A stretch of DNA of 63,213 bases, counting the filler, from Octopus bimaculoides (taxonomy: Eukaryota), in the NCBI RefSeq assembly GCF_001194135.2. It is 6 parts of 6 records of this genome, joined end to end, with 100 filler letters (N's around TTAATTAATTAA, not from the genome) between each part and the next. Parts side by side here need not be neighbours in the genome. Positions count along the whole stretch, not along the records: positions 40,121 to 56,311 come from NC_068986.1; positions 56,412 to 59,193 come from NC_068981.1; positions 59,294 to 63,213 come from NW_026336217.1; 3 more parts are not named here. One strand, given 5' to 3'. Within the stretch, counting starts at the first letter, position 1. Every line of letters starts with the position of its first letter. The translations under genes were made by a program, and so were the position numbers. Below, piece after piece: positions 49,305 to 61,506 of this stretch. The notes beneath the pieces were generated by a model. The model worked only from the letters and a program-made list of their open reading frames with translations. It was not told the DNA's origin and made no database searches.

Positions 49305-51859
49305 CCAGACAAGTGCCTTATTTTAAAAGATTCTTTAAGTGTTTTTATAAAGAGAGTTAGGATTGTGATACTTTACAACGTAAGATCAATTTTTCATATA
49401 TTTTTACAAAGTATGCATATGCTCTTCTCTCACTAGAGAGAGATTATAAATAAACATTGACTAATCTCATGTCAATTGTGATAAGGCAGGCCTATGATTG
49501 AAGACATTCCAACCATGGTCAGCCTACCTTTTACGGGTACTTAGGACTACAGTATTTAATGTATCCGGTCCTTCTATAAGATAGGGCATGATTCATGGGG
49601 AATTTAGTTGCTATTTATCCTTCTGAATACTTTCTCATTGCTTCTCAAATTTGTATGTTAATTACATAGAGGACAAATAAATAGATCTGTAGTATAGGAG
49701 TTAATTATTTTCACCTTATGAGTTTTCTCCAAGGGACTGACTGATTTTGTTAAACTAAGAATCTTAGTTTATTACATAACCTTTCCCCCTTCAAATATCG
49801 ATTCTTTGCATTGGTTCAAGATCACACATTTTCGAGGTGGAATGTAGCTGTTTGAACTGATCTCGGTACACTCATACTTATTTGACTTCGTAGGGGGAAA
49901 AGGAAAGTCAACAGTAGGTAGAATTTGAACTCCAAATGTACTGTGATGAAACTGAATACTAAAAATAATTTAGTCCAGTGCTCAACTGTTTCTGACATGC
50001 TATCTCACCTTCTCTGTTGCCCTTTAAATATGTCAGTACTTTTCATTGCCACAAAGTCATATATTTGTAAAGGAGATTAAACAACTGGGAGACTCATTGT
50101 GGAAATATGAAACTATAGCAGTAGCCGATCTAATTCTGTACACCTCTACACTGCTGGTTTCTGTACATGGTGGGATGTTGTATGCTGGGTTGGGCTCAAA
50201 TAATAGCTTGTCTACATGTTTGTAACTTTTGTGATGTTTTGTTGTTTTTGTTTTTTTGATATCTGTATTATTTTTATTTTATTTTTGCAACTTTGTCACT
50301 TTTGATACTCATTAATGTTATGTTTTTTTTTTTATGGTTTAAAAATATTTATATTTATTTTAATTTTTTTATTGTTTTCTTTTTCTTTTCACCGAGATAA
50401 CAAATTTTGTTGACATAGTTACTGCTGAAACTATGTTGCCTTCTATCCCACTGCCTCTTTTCCTTTTCTTAAATGTCAATATCCTTTTGTAGAGTTAAGA
50501 TGATAAAGTGGTTAAATGAATGGGTCATCAGGTGAAATATGCAGGTGTGTTGTATTTCTAGATGGACCACAATATTCTACATTTCTTCAGTTTACTTATA
50601 GAGATTGATTTGCTAATATGCTGGGCAACCTGTGGAGGAGTTTGATCATTTCCTCTCAACAACACTCTTGTATCATGTAGACAAGATATTCAACTCACAT
50701 CTTGCCAGCAGCTTAATCTATTGAGCTGTAAGCAGTGGCAACACTGAAATTTCCTGGTCTATAGTACCGAACAGAATCCCTTTTGTGGAAAAAATAAAAA
50801 AACTATATATAATCTATCTGCACATGTCGAGAGTGTGTTGTGTATTTCTCATCTACTAAAACTCAAGTAATTAGTGTTGAGCACACTGGCCTTATTGAAC
50901 ATTGTGATTCTGAAAAAAAGGTTACTTAATCCTACAAGGAGCCGTTTACCAGTATTTACATTTTCTCTGCTCTTGTTATTATCATCATGAAGGGCTGTAA
51001 GTGGCATTTGTGCTAAAGCATCTTTCTCTCTCTCTCTCTCTCTGGTGTTCAAATCCTACTAAATAGAACTTGGTCTTTTTATCCTTGTGGGGCCAATACA
51101 ATCCACTACACCCAAATTTGTGGCCAAATACATGTTAAAAACATCATCTTTCGTAAGTGGCAGTTTTAGTAGAGTGGTAGGAATTTGTGTCCCTTTGTGT
51201 ATTTGAGTTTAACTCCCACTGAGGTCAAATTTACTTATTAACCTTCTAATGTCAGAAAAATAAGTACCATTCTAATCCTAGGGTTCATTAAATTGTCTAT
51301 ATCCTTCCACTTTAAATGTTGTTTAGCCCCAGGTTAAGTTTGGTCAAGCAACTTATAACAGAAGGTTTTTCAGTTGTGACCAACCTGCCTTTTATTCAGA
51401 CATATTATCTTGGATTATTATTCAGTGTTGCCTTTTTGAAGAATTATGGTGTTGGTTTTAAGGGAGACTTAGCTGCTATTTTTAGCAAGATGTCCTGCTA
51501 TTAGTTATTGTGAGTTCTAAACTTCTGATATATGATATATAACCAGGAATCTAACCAGTTAGTTGAGGAGGGACTGACAGCAGCAGGGGTCAGATTTAAG
51601 TATTTCTTGCTGTTCTTTCTGTCTTTTGTGTTGTTGTCAATAGTGGTGATCAGGTATACATATTGGTTGATACTGAGCGAGAGTGGTAATTGTTGTATGT
51701 GAAGATGTGGGAAAAAATGAGTGAGTGGTGACTGGAATTATGTGATAATGGTATTGTCTGTGTGAGTGTACAGTAAGTTGGAGTGTGCAGCGAAGCAGCA
51801 TCAGCTGTTTGCATGCTTTACTTGTTACCCTGGTATTGTAGGCTCATCTCTGTACACAG

Positions 51860-52024
51860 ACGAGGGCAACACAATGCAGTCGCAGGGTTCCAACTACAGT
51901 GACATGTATGGTGCCGGCAACACATGCATGAATGATGACTCCAACTCTAACATGTCATTTCCTGACCAGTCAAACCAAGAATACTCCCAGGACAGCACTG
52001 AGGCTGATTCTGACATGAGGATGG
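51860..52024 (+). CDS. BCL7: BCL7 exon ((D)EGNTMQSQGSNYSDMYG...MNDDSNSNMSFPDQSNQEYSQDSTEADSDMRM)
   Basis: ACACAG| ... G|GTAAGG; 165 nt, phase 1 to 1. Acidic DSN-rich motifs. An alternative in-frame acceptor lies at 51842. Confidence 0.75.
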
Positions 52025-52062
52025 GTAAGGATGCTAAACTTTATCATATATCAACTCTGTAG

Positions 52063-52096
<34 letters not shown>

Positions 52097-52133
52097 TATA
52101 TATATATATATATATGAATCTGTCTGAAACTCC

Positions 52134-52677
52134 GGATCTTTTTTAAAACGGGGGCCACATTTTTCATTAACGAAACACTTTGAAACTTGGAACACTGGTA
52201 GAATGTGTCATATAAAACATCTTTTTCTCTTAGTCTTCTTAAAAAAAAAAAAGAAATCCATAAGTTATTCCATGTGAAAGTTGTCGTATTTCTGTAATTT
52301 CAACCAATCACTGACGTCCATTCAGCCGATATANNNNNNNNNNNNNNNNNNNNNNNNNNNNNNNNNNNNNNNNNNNNNNNNNNNNNNNNNNNNNNNNNNN
52401 NNNNNNNNNNNNNNNNNNNNNNNNNGTATGGAGATTAAATACGCTTTACATCGCTTAATCAGCCAAAGGAGTAAATGTAAACAACTGAATACTTGTCAGT
52501 GATTGGTTGAAATTATCGAAATAGGACAATTTTTTACATGAAATAAATTCGAATACAAAAATATTTTTCTGTTCTATAACAAAATAGATAAGTATACGAA
52601 GTTTGAAAGTCTTTCCGTACCAAAAACACTACGTAAAACATTAATGAAAAATGTGGCCCCCGTTTTAAAATAGATCC
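52134..52677. mobile_element. Merlin-like MITE with a perfect 8-bp TSD
   Basis: GAAACTCC|GGATCTTTTTTAAAACGGGGGCCACATTTTTCATTAA ... TTAATGAAAAATGTGGCCCCCGTTTTAAAATAGATCC|GAAACTCC. Confidence 0.88.
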
Positions 52678-52726
52678 GAAACTCCTTATTAGTATGAATT
52701 TATTCATGAATCTATCAAGTAAAAGG

Positions 52727-52887
52727 AGTACAATACTTGGCTACTAAAGGTTTCATGCTGATACACTCATTCATATGTGTTTGTTGAAAATATCCAAAAT
52801 GTATTCATAATATCTCAAAACATGTTGTGGTATGGGGCCTGAATATATGCATCAGCATGAAACTTTTGATAGCACAGTATTCTACTT
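52727..52887. repeat. Intronic foldback (~47-bp imperfect arms)
   Basis: AGTACAATACTTGGCTACTAAAGGTTTCATGCTGATACACTCATTCA versus TGAATATATGCATCAGCATGAAACTTTTGATAGCACAGTATTCTACT. Confidence 0.7.
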
Positions 52888-52996
52888 GTAATTTTATCAA
52901 TTTATCATTAAAAAATACATGACTGTATTTTTATATCATATATATATATAAATTTTTTTTATATTTATCAAACATACTATGTTATGTATTCTCACA

Positions 52997-53051
<55 letters not shown>

Positions 53052-53399
53052 CCTGTAGCCACATTCATACTATGATTTTACACTAGTATCTAGGGATTTG
53101 GACACAGTGATCTTCAGTGGACTTTGTCTCAGCTGGTGAAGCAAAAGACAAGATGGTACTATATTATGTGATGTGTGATGTCACCTGTGCTCAGAAAAGA
53201 GGTATCCATAATTTCATACTGTCTGCAAGTTGACATTTGCTCTACCTTTCTGTTCTTTATTGATGTGATGTGGTTTATATATGATACTTCTCCGTTAAAT
53301 ATGAATTACAGGTTTTGAACTATTATTGTATGAGGTGGCTCAGTCCAAGCTCGACCCTGTCATGTCTGAAGACACGCCTATTTTTTGCCAAGTGTGCTT

Positions 53400-53590
53400 T
53401 GAAAGCAATCTAATGTTTTCAACACAGTGACAAAGAAAACACTGCACCAATCACAAAATACATTTGGCAAAGTAAAGTAAGAATGAGTCTACAAACATTC
53501 CATTGCATATCTTGGGCAAATTCCACCCCAAACTGCAAGAGCTCAGAACATTCAATTTTTTGCTTGATTGAGAAATATTATATCTTAAAT
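53400..53590 (+). mobile_element. Possible old Penelope GIY-YIG remnant
   Basis: KENTAPITKYIWQSK...FCLIEKYYI resembles the TxLSKYIWxLK...CLxEKxxI pattern. Weak. Confidence 0.4.
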
Positions 53591-53654
53591 CATCCCACAG
53601 TAATAATTAAAGAAAGATAGAGTTAATTATCATTTTGCAGATGCTGTATGGCAT

Positions 53655-53689
<35 letters not shown>

Positions 53690-53869
53690 GGAGAAACAAA
53701 CAGCACAAATAACATGACCTTGCCACCATTATGTCTTGTGCTTCAATAACTTTACACAATGTGTACTCATCACAAAACACAATCTTACATACAATGAACT
53801 CATCACAATACGCAGCCTTACACACTGAATACTCACAGTAATGCGCAACTCTCCACACTGTGTGCTCGC

Positions 53870-55150
53870 TACAATATCCTCTTCATTTATCCTCAATGTG
53901 TTCACCTAGTCCCTGTCCTCATCAAACTCTTCAATTTGTTTCTCTCTAATGAGATATGTCCTGATCTTTGGAAATGTACTACAATTTGTTTCATTCCCAA
54001 GAAAAGCAACTTCTCTGATCTTGCCAACTACAACAATCGACTTGGTATCAATGGAGACAGTCACTAACATCAACCTTCTCCAACACCATGAATCCCTCTA
54101 ACCTCAATAACCACCTGTACAATTTCATAAAAACCAGTTTACAAGTGACCTACTCTTTTGCATTATTTACCAATGTGTTCTTGGCCTTGAGAAGCTTAGT
54201 GAAAGCTATGTGTGGCATGCGAATCTGGCAAAACTGCTTGTTTTGGGGATCCATCTGTTTTGTATTACTTGGATCGACAGTGTACTCTAGTAGAGCTTTC
54301 TCTAATCTACACTTGTCAACTTTGATGTGTCCCAGGATTTGGTTTTGTCCCTTCACTTTTGATCTTGTAAAATGATTTACTTGCCATCACTTCAACAATG
54401 CCCACCCCAACACAAATGGTGCCACCCTTCATTACACCCTAACTTTTTGCACCCAAACATCATTCACATGAAACCTAGATATCTTAAATCAAATCTATGT
54501 TGACTCCACAAACAGAACATATTCCTTGAAAACTCCCATCTATGAATCATGCCGATCTTTTCTTTAGCAACACAAAGACACAATCACTGCATATAGCAAA
54601 GAACATCATTGCATTCACTTCTCTAAACATGAACAACATTCAACTAGAACCTGCACAGCTACTACCTCACTATCACTGATGATTTCTCCTAGTAAACACA
54701 TCTCAACATAACAAAGCTGGCCTTCTTCTTTCAGATCCAGAAAATACTTCAGCCTTCAACCCAACTGCTACAAACCCTCTACAAAACTCAGGTGAGACTC
54801 ACAATGAAGTACTGCTCCTATATATGGAATGGTGTTAACTATTATACACACACACGCACACACAAATACATCTTAGTCTACATCCTAAGAAATGTATCTG
54901 ACTTGGCATGATGTCGCTTGCCAAAACCCCAAACTCTGACCCACAGACGTGCTATCTTCTCTATCTGTCTCTTCTCCAGAGATATCTCCTCAGAACTGGC
55001 TGATCTCATGCTACCTAGCACTCCCAACTCATATGTCTCTCTTCCTGTCATCTGCATCTTGCTTCCTTCTTCATTCCTTGCACTAACCACTACACCGAGT
55101 TCCCTCTCTGTAATTCCTTTCCTGTGCCTATTTTCCTGCGGTCATTGATT
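53870..55150 (+). mobile_element. Degenerate L2/Crack-like LINE RT fragments
   Basis: DLWKCTTICFIPKKSNFSDLANY; SRKYFS...YKTQVR.TMKYCSYIWNG; DISSELADLMLP. Confidence 0.6.
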
Positions 55151-55438
55151 TGCAAATGTTCAAGCAAAATGTTAACAGCTTCAATCTCACTGACTTTGGA
55201 GAGCCTTTGAAGGTTGTGGGCACAGTCCCTTCCTCTAGATGCAACCAATGAAAAACAAAAACAGAGTGTACTTACAACTAGACACAGCCTTATACACACA
55301 ACTTACACTGCGTACTCACCTTAACATTCAACTTTACACACTGTGTGCTTACCTCATCTCACAATCTTGCATACGGTGTTCTCACCACAACACAACCTTT
55401 CACACTGTGTACTCATCCTGGTGTTTCTCTTGTTACAG

Positions 55439-55501
55439 CGAGAAGTATGATGGGAGAAGACAGAACTTCCCAGCCAAAAGACAGTGCTGAAGACACAAAT
55501 G
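55439..55501 (+). CDS. BCL7: BCL7 candidate exon ((A)RSMMGEDRTSQPKDSAEDTN)
   Basis: TTTCTCTTGTTACAG| ... G|GTAGGT; 63 nt, phase 1 to 1, open frame. Confidence 0.65.
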
Positions 55502-55763
55502 GTAGGTAGATGAGGGTTGGATAAAGGTTGGAGTGCCTTTACTGTTGTTGCTTTAACACAGGTGTCAATGTAATGGACAACCAACTTTACAGTGCCGCCC
55601 TTCAATCCTATGTTTCGCAGCCACCATGTTCTACTTTTACATATTTAAGGCTGCAAGCTGTGAAGACGGATTGACTTGCCATCATTTTGTAGTTTAATGT
55701 TTGTTTTATGGTTTTGTTTTAAGATACTAAAATGTTGGTATTAGTGACTCATTTTCTTCACAG

Positions 55764-55774
55764 ATGTCTGTTGA
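55764..55774 (+). CDS. BCL7: BCL7 candidate terminal exon coding part ((D)VC*)
   Basis: GTGACTCATTTTCTTCACAG|AT GTC TGT TGA; AATAAA at 55818-55823. Confidence 0.45.
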
Positions 55775-56117
55775 TTAGGGTCTATTCTTGCCCCTTTAAG
55801 ACAGGATAGTATAATAGAATAAATGATTCAGACATGCCTGTCATTTGCATGGAAAACAATAGGTAAGTTGATGTTGGCATATTCAGTACAGAGAGCATCT
55901 TGGAATTGTGTAATTCTAAAATAATTCTATTTTTCTGTCATTATTTCTGCAAGAAGAATGCTTCTCTGAAGAGGTTGGAATAAGACCAAAATATACATAG
56001 AGTTGTCTTTTGTGCTTGCTCGAAAAATGAAAAATAATTGTCATTGATTAATATTTTTCTTGTTTTCCTATCATGTTTATTTCTAGTCAGTTTTTTAAAT
56101 ATTTTATACATCAAATA

Positions 56118-56311
56118 TCATCATCATCGTTTAACGTCCGCTTTCCATGCTAGCATGGGTTGGACGATTTGACTGAGGACTGGTGAAACCGGATGGCAAC
56201 ACCAGGCTCCAGTCTGATTTGGCAGAGTTTCTACAGCTGGATGCCCTTCCTAACGCCAACCACTCAGAGAGTGTAGTGGGTGCTTTTACGTGTCACCCGC
56301 ACGAAAACGGC
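56118..56311 (-). mobile_element. RTE 3' tail copy, cut by a linker gap
   Basis: Near-identical to 44165-44360. Confidence 0.85.
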
Positions 56312-56948
56312 NNNNNNNNNNNNNNNNNNNNNNNNNNNNNNNNNNNNNNNNNNNNTTAATTAATTAANNNNNNNNNNNNNNNNNNNNNNNNNNNNNNNNN
56401 NNNNNNNNNNNGGATTTACATAGTTTATAAAGCTTTTTATAATGATGGACTCAAGGTTTTAGAAACTAGTAAAGTGAATGATTGGAATTAACATAGAATT
56501 ATAATGGTGAAAATTAAAAACTTATCTAATATCATTTAAGAACACATAAGGGATAGAATTTATCTTATAATGTAAAGAATTAATATAGGATTTACATAGT
56601 TTATAATAATGGGTTTATCAAGGTTTATGGAACTAATACAAAGAATGGTAGGAATTAACAAAGAATTCAATAATAGAGAACATGATAATTATGTACTAGT
56701 TTAATTATACTATCTTACATAGTCAAGAACTTGTTTTAAAACTAACATGGGCTAAATGCAGAATATTAATGGAACAAGGATTAGATTTATTTAAGTCAAA
56801 CTATAGAATAACTAAAACACTACCAATACAAGCCCTGAAATAATGGAAAAATAAGGATCCTTTTAGAGTCAGGCATTAAATAAAATGAAATATAAATTTT
56901 CAAGGTTTGAGAACTAATTAAAAACATTAAGAACTTACAAAACATCCT

Positions 56949-57160
56949 GGATCTTTCTGATTTGGCGGGCGCCACTTGTTTTCTTAACGAAACACTTTTA
57001 AACTTGGAACACTGGTAGAATGTGTCGTATAAAACATCTTATACTGTTAATGTTATTGAGAAAATTTTATCTTTTGAAAGTTATTTCGTGTTAAAATTGT
57101 CGTATTTCGGTAATTTCAACCAATCACTGACGTCTATTAAGGTGAAAACAATTACATTTC
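56949..57160. mobile_element. Truncated Merlin-like MITE (left end)
   Basis: GGATCT...GCCAC...TTAACGAAACACTTT.AAACTTGGAACACTGGTAGAATGTGTC, shared with the 52134 copy. Confidence 0.7.
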
Positions 57161-58014
57161 ACTTCCAGTAGATATATCTATTTCCAAGTCTTTAAACTTT
57201 TATTTTAATTCACATATGGTTCTATATTTCTCCTTTATTAGTTTTATGCTTACTCCTTTCTTTTACCCATTCTCTTTCTATAGGCTAAAAACTTTAAAAA
57301 AAAAACTTAATAGCATTCCATTCATCATTATACACATTTATCACATTCTGTTAAAATGTCTTATTGATGTGTTTGGTTTCTTTCTTTCCCTGATAAGAAG
57401 GTTATATTGTCTTACACCATCTTATTCCTTTTGGAATAATATCAATGTTGTCTTCGAAACATATGTCAGAAGTAAAAGTATTTGAATAGCACCTGCATTT
57501 AACTCCATTTATTTAGTTATATATATTATACAAAATATTTCACATCAACCCAGAGTTTCTATCATTACAAATAGGGTGTTACATCCTTATTACTTGTGTG
57601 ATTTTTTGCTGCCCTGGTAACTATTTATTTATTTTTTCCATGTTAATTGTAAACGAGGGGAAAATACACATCCATATATGTATACTTCAACCAGGTTTCC
57701 ATATAACCTGCTAATAAAATAGTTACTACATATGGAGTTATCTAAACCTATAGTATAGCTCAGTTTGTGAGTGTGTGTGTGTGTGTGTGTTGCATCTATA
57801 GAAATCCACACCTTACAAGATAGCAATCTGGGAGTTGCACCAATGGATTCCTCATGGTCAAAAATGCCCGGAATCGACCATTTGTCTTCTTTTGGTTGCT
57901 TCCTAACACGTGAATTTTTGCATTAAAAATAATTTTAAAACATCAATTCTAACAATTTTCAAATTGCAGCCATTTGCAAACATGAGTTAAGTCCCCTTCC
58001 ACCTACGGTGTTTA

Positions 58015-58053
<39 letters not shown>

Positions 58054-58158
58054 ACAGATTTTTTCAATATCGTCTTTTTACTGGATTATTTTGTAAACAA
58101 TGTTACGAAACCTCATGTTTTCGAATTATATATATGTATATATATATATATAATGTAT

Positions 58159-58587
58159 ATATATGCTTTCGGTGCAAATGGTTTTGTTATACGACGCCGT
58201 ATTGTACAATCCTGTAAATGATATTAATAATGGTATTCTTATATAACATTAATGTTTATGTCGCTCACCGTGCAATTACTAAGGAAAATAGTCGAATGAC
58301 GAGGCATATAAGCACTCGACAGAAGAAACAAGGCTTTCCTATCTGTGAAGGTACCACACTTATTCATGTTAACAAACGGATGTGGGTTCGCGTCCCACGC
58401 AGATGGGAAAGCCTTCTTTTTTCTGTCAAGGGCTTATATGCTCTGTTATTAGACTATTTTCGTTACTCATTGCATGGTGGGTGAATGGCATAAGCTTTAA
58501 GCTTATGTAAAAATACCATTATTATTATTTACAGCATTGTAAAATACGGCACCGTATAATGAAGCCGTTCGCACCAAAAGCATATAT
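58159..58587. mobile_element. Degenerate foldback MITE (~190-bp arms)
   Basis: ATATATGCTTTCGGTGCAAATGG... versus ...CCGTTCGCACCAAAAGCATATAT; inner arms GAAACAAGGCTTTCCTATCTG / CAGATGGGAAAGCCTTCTTT. Confidence 0.75.
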
Positions 58588-59294
58588 CTATATCTATAAA
58601 GCTGAGTTTGTGAGTGTGTGTGTGTGTGTGTGTGTGTCCCATCTATAGAAATCCACATTTTCCACTTTTACGTAAAAATTTTTACACCAATGGAATTTTC
58701 TCGATGTGAACTTTCCAGTGCAGTAATTAGATTTTTAAAATTCCGTTTACTTTGTGTGATTTAAGGGAGATTTGACTGTTGTTTCTAGCAACTTTTATAT
58801 TTCTTCCCTTCTACCTGGAACGGCGTTCTTACACACGCGCTCAACATATAATATAGAGAGTAAGAGTAAAAGAGGGAGAGAGAGAGAGAGAGAGAAAGTG
58901 ATACAACGTCATAGATTAAACTTTCCTCTCAGTATTCTTTACCTATTTTTCATAACATTGATACGTAAAAACACACACAATCACACATACGTGATCTGTG
59001 ACAACATACACATTGCTCCCGTTGTCCCCCACTTCCTCTCTCGCTCTCTCAAACGCATACACGTGCAAGTAAACACAATCATTCACAAAAATATAACTCA
59101 TGTTCGTGAATGTGGCATAACTACAGAGTTGTACCCCCCGACTTTGGAAGGTCATAACTTTCAGAAAAATGAATATTTTTTAATGAAATTTTCNNNNNNN
59201 NNNNNNNNNNNNNNNNNNNNNNNNNNNNNNNNNNNNNTTAATTAATTAANNNNNNNNNNNNNNNNNNNNNNNNNNNNNNNNNNNNNNNNNNNNC

Positions 59295-59990
59295 GGTATA
59301 ATCACCTTCAAAGTTTTCTCTATTTGAAAGCATCTGTCCTGACGAGTTTTCCACTTTTCGAAGCAGTCCTACAACTCTTCTGAAAGATACCATTTCGCGC
59401 CTCCATCGTTTTTTCGTCGCTTCTTCAACATCTGCATATTTCGTAGCACCAGCCTTCGTTAACAGTGATGACCTTCGAAAATGAAATGATTCAAATCAAT
59501 ATCCAATTACTCATTCAATTTACGACACACATTCGGTCGCGAAAACGTTCGATCTTCCGTGAATAAAAGAGGCGCAAATTTTGATGCAACACATTTTATT
59601 CGCAATTCTTCGCTCAAAATTAGTTGACAAGTGTTCATGGACACACCACTCATATAAAAAAGTTCGTCACTTATTCAGTGATTGCCCACCAAGAGCAGTT
59701 CATGAATTATCACGATGTTTTCATTCGTTCGGGAGGTCTACGAATGCCCTGAACGAGGTTGATATTCGGGCGACATGTCACCATTGCTACAGCATGAAAA
59801 CCACTGCTAAACCTTTGTTTTCCTCAGGTCAGTATCCTTGTAACCTGTCAGAAGCATGACAACTCTTTCTGCTGCCGTTTTCCTCACCAGAAAATAGAAC
59901 TACACGGAAACGTGCTGTTCCTTCTTTTCAGAAAACGCAAAACTCTACGAACAAAGGAGAAGCACAGTAGGGCAAACACGCACCACATGG
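59295..59990 (-). mobile_element. Internally deleted mariner transposase remnant
   Basis: The - strand gives an N-terminal HTH-like stretch (GKTAAE...WFSC..NGDMS...PRSG...SRTNENI) and a C-terminal CFEKWKTR...ENFEGD. Confidence 0.75.
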
Positions 59991-61465
59991 CGGTAGGGCA
60001 GGGCTCGGAAACGCCGGTCGGCATACTGAATTCAGATGGTCGTGTCATGGAGCTTCTAGGGGCGGAAACCTGAACTACAATGGGCTTGTCCTACAGACAA
60101 CTGACTACTACAACTGGTTTGTCCCACACACATCGTCTCCAAACTTTCATATAACATACCATTATTTTTGCTTATTGGTACAAAATTATGTGACTAAGGG
60201 ACTATATAATCCGCAATAATGCATTATAACTTTAAACACGGCTAACGGCGTGACAATCGGGTGAAACGAAGAAAATGTGATAATCTTCCTTCGTTTTTAA
60301 ATCTCTCGATATTTTCTAGTTGCAAATACAAATGTAGTTTTCCGACTGGTAAACTACATTTTTATTTTTATTGTTGCCGTCATTACTTCTGTTTTCTTTT
60401 TTTGTTTGTTTCTTGTTTTTCGGATACTTACCATTTCCAAATCTCCTTCGGACTTAAGCAGTGAGCTGAATATCTGAAGAATGTCCAAACTTCAAAGTTA
60501 CTCAAAGAGAATCAACACGTAATATCGCTCGTCAAAGTTCTGCTCTGATTCACTCATACAACAACATAAGAGATTGTTAAGTTCTTTTAGAGACTCTTGT
60601 TGTATAAATGTGTCCGAGCATTGAGAAAGATAATAAGATATAATCAAGATGTCATCAATATGCGCAAATGATGACGAAAATAGCATGTCTAGATCAGAAA
60701 CACGCGCAAAGATACATACCTTCCGGTTATATAAGGATTAGCGTAAGGGATATACCTCTTGTTACATCCCTTTATCTTTAATTTTGTTTTGATTCTATTC
60801 TGAGACGATAAACAACGACGGATTCCGATTGAAATAAAGGCCAGAAGTGACTCTTAGTGAATGTCATAACAAAGGAACGACTCATTGAGTCAGAAAAACT
60901 ATATTTTTAATTCATTCAATCAATGGACTGGGGCCATACTGGGGCACCGTCGTCAACAAGTTTTAGCCGAATGAATCGACACAGGTACCTATTTTCTAAA
61001 ACCTGGTAACTATTATATCTGTTGTTTTGCCGAACCGCCAAGTTACAGGAACGTAACTATAAACATCCCAATTGTGAAGAGATGTTAAAGTCGGAAATGG
61101 ACATATAAACATACATACATACATACAAAAATACGTACGTACATATACATGCATGTATGTATGTATGTATGCATGAATGTATGTGTTTATGTATGTATGT
61201 ATGTATGTTTGTATGTATTCTTTTATACCTTTATTCGTTCTAGTCGTTTCACTGCAGCCAAACTGAAGTACGGTCTTCAAGGGCCTAACTCGAATAAATC
61301 GACCCAGTATTTCTTCTATAGGCGTCTTTTGTCGAACCGCTAAGTTACGAGGAGGTAAACAAACCAACACTAGTTGTCACACATGATGGCGGACAAACAC
61401 AGGCACAAAGAAACACACACATACGCGCACACAGACACGCACACATATACACACACGTGCACAGC

Positions 61466-61506
<41 letters not shown>

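Noticed and set aside
53311-53430. Open frame after TTACAG as a possible BCL7 terminal exon
   Set aside because: Runs into a Penelope-like remnant, and better phase-compatible exons exist at 55439 and 55764.
54150-54365. - strand ORF flanked by plausible splice sites
   Set aside because: Embedded in the L2/Crack-like fragment and resembles an inverted LINE linker region. No partner exons found.
60690-60760. - strand donor (GGAAG|GTATGT) with an ETS-like CCGGAAG motif in CpG-rich DNA
   Set aside because: Could be a first exon of another gene, but there is no ORF or downstream exon evidence.
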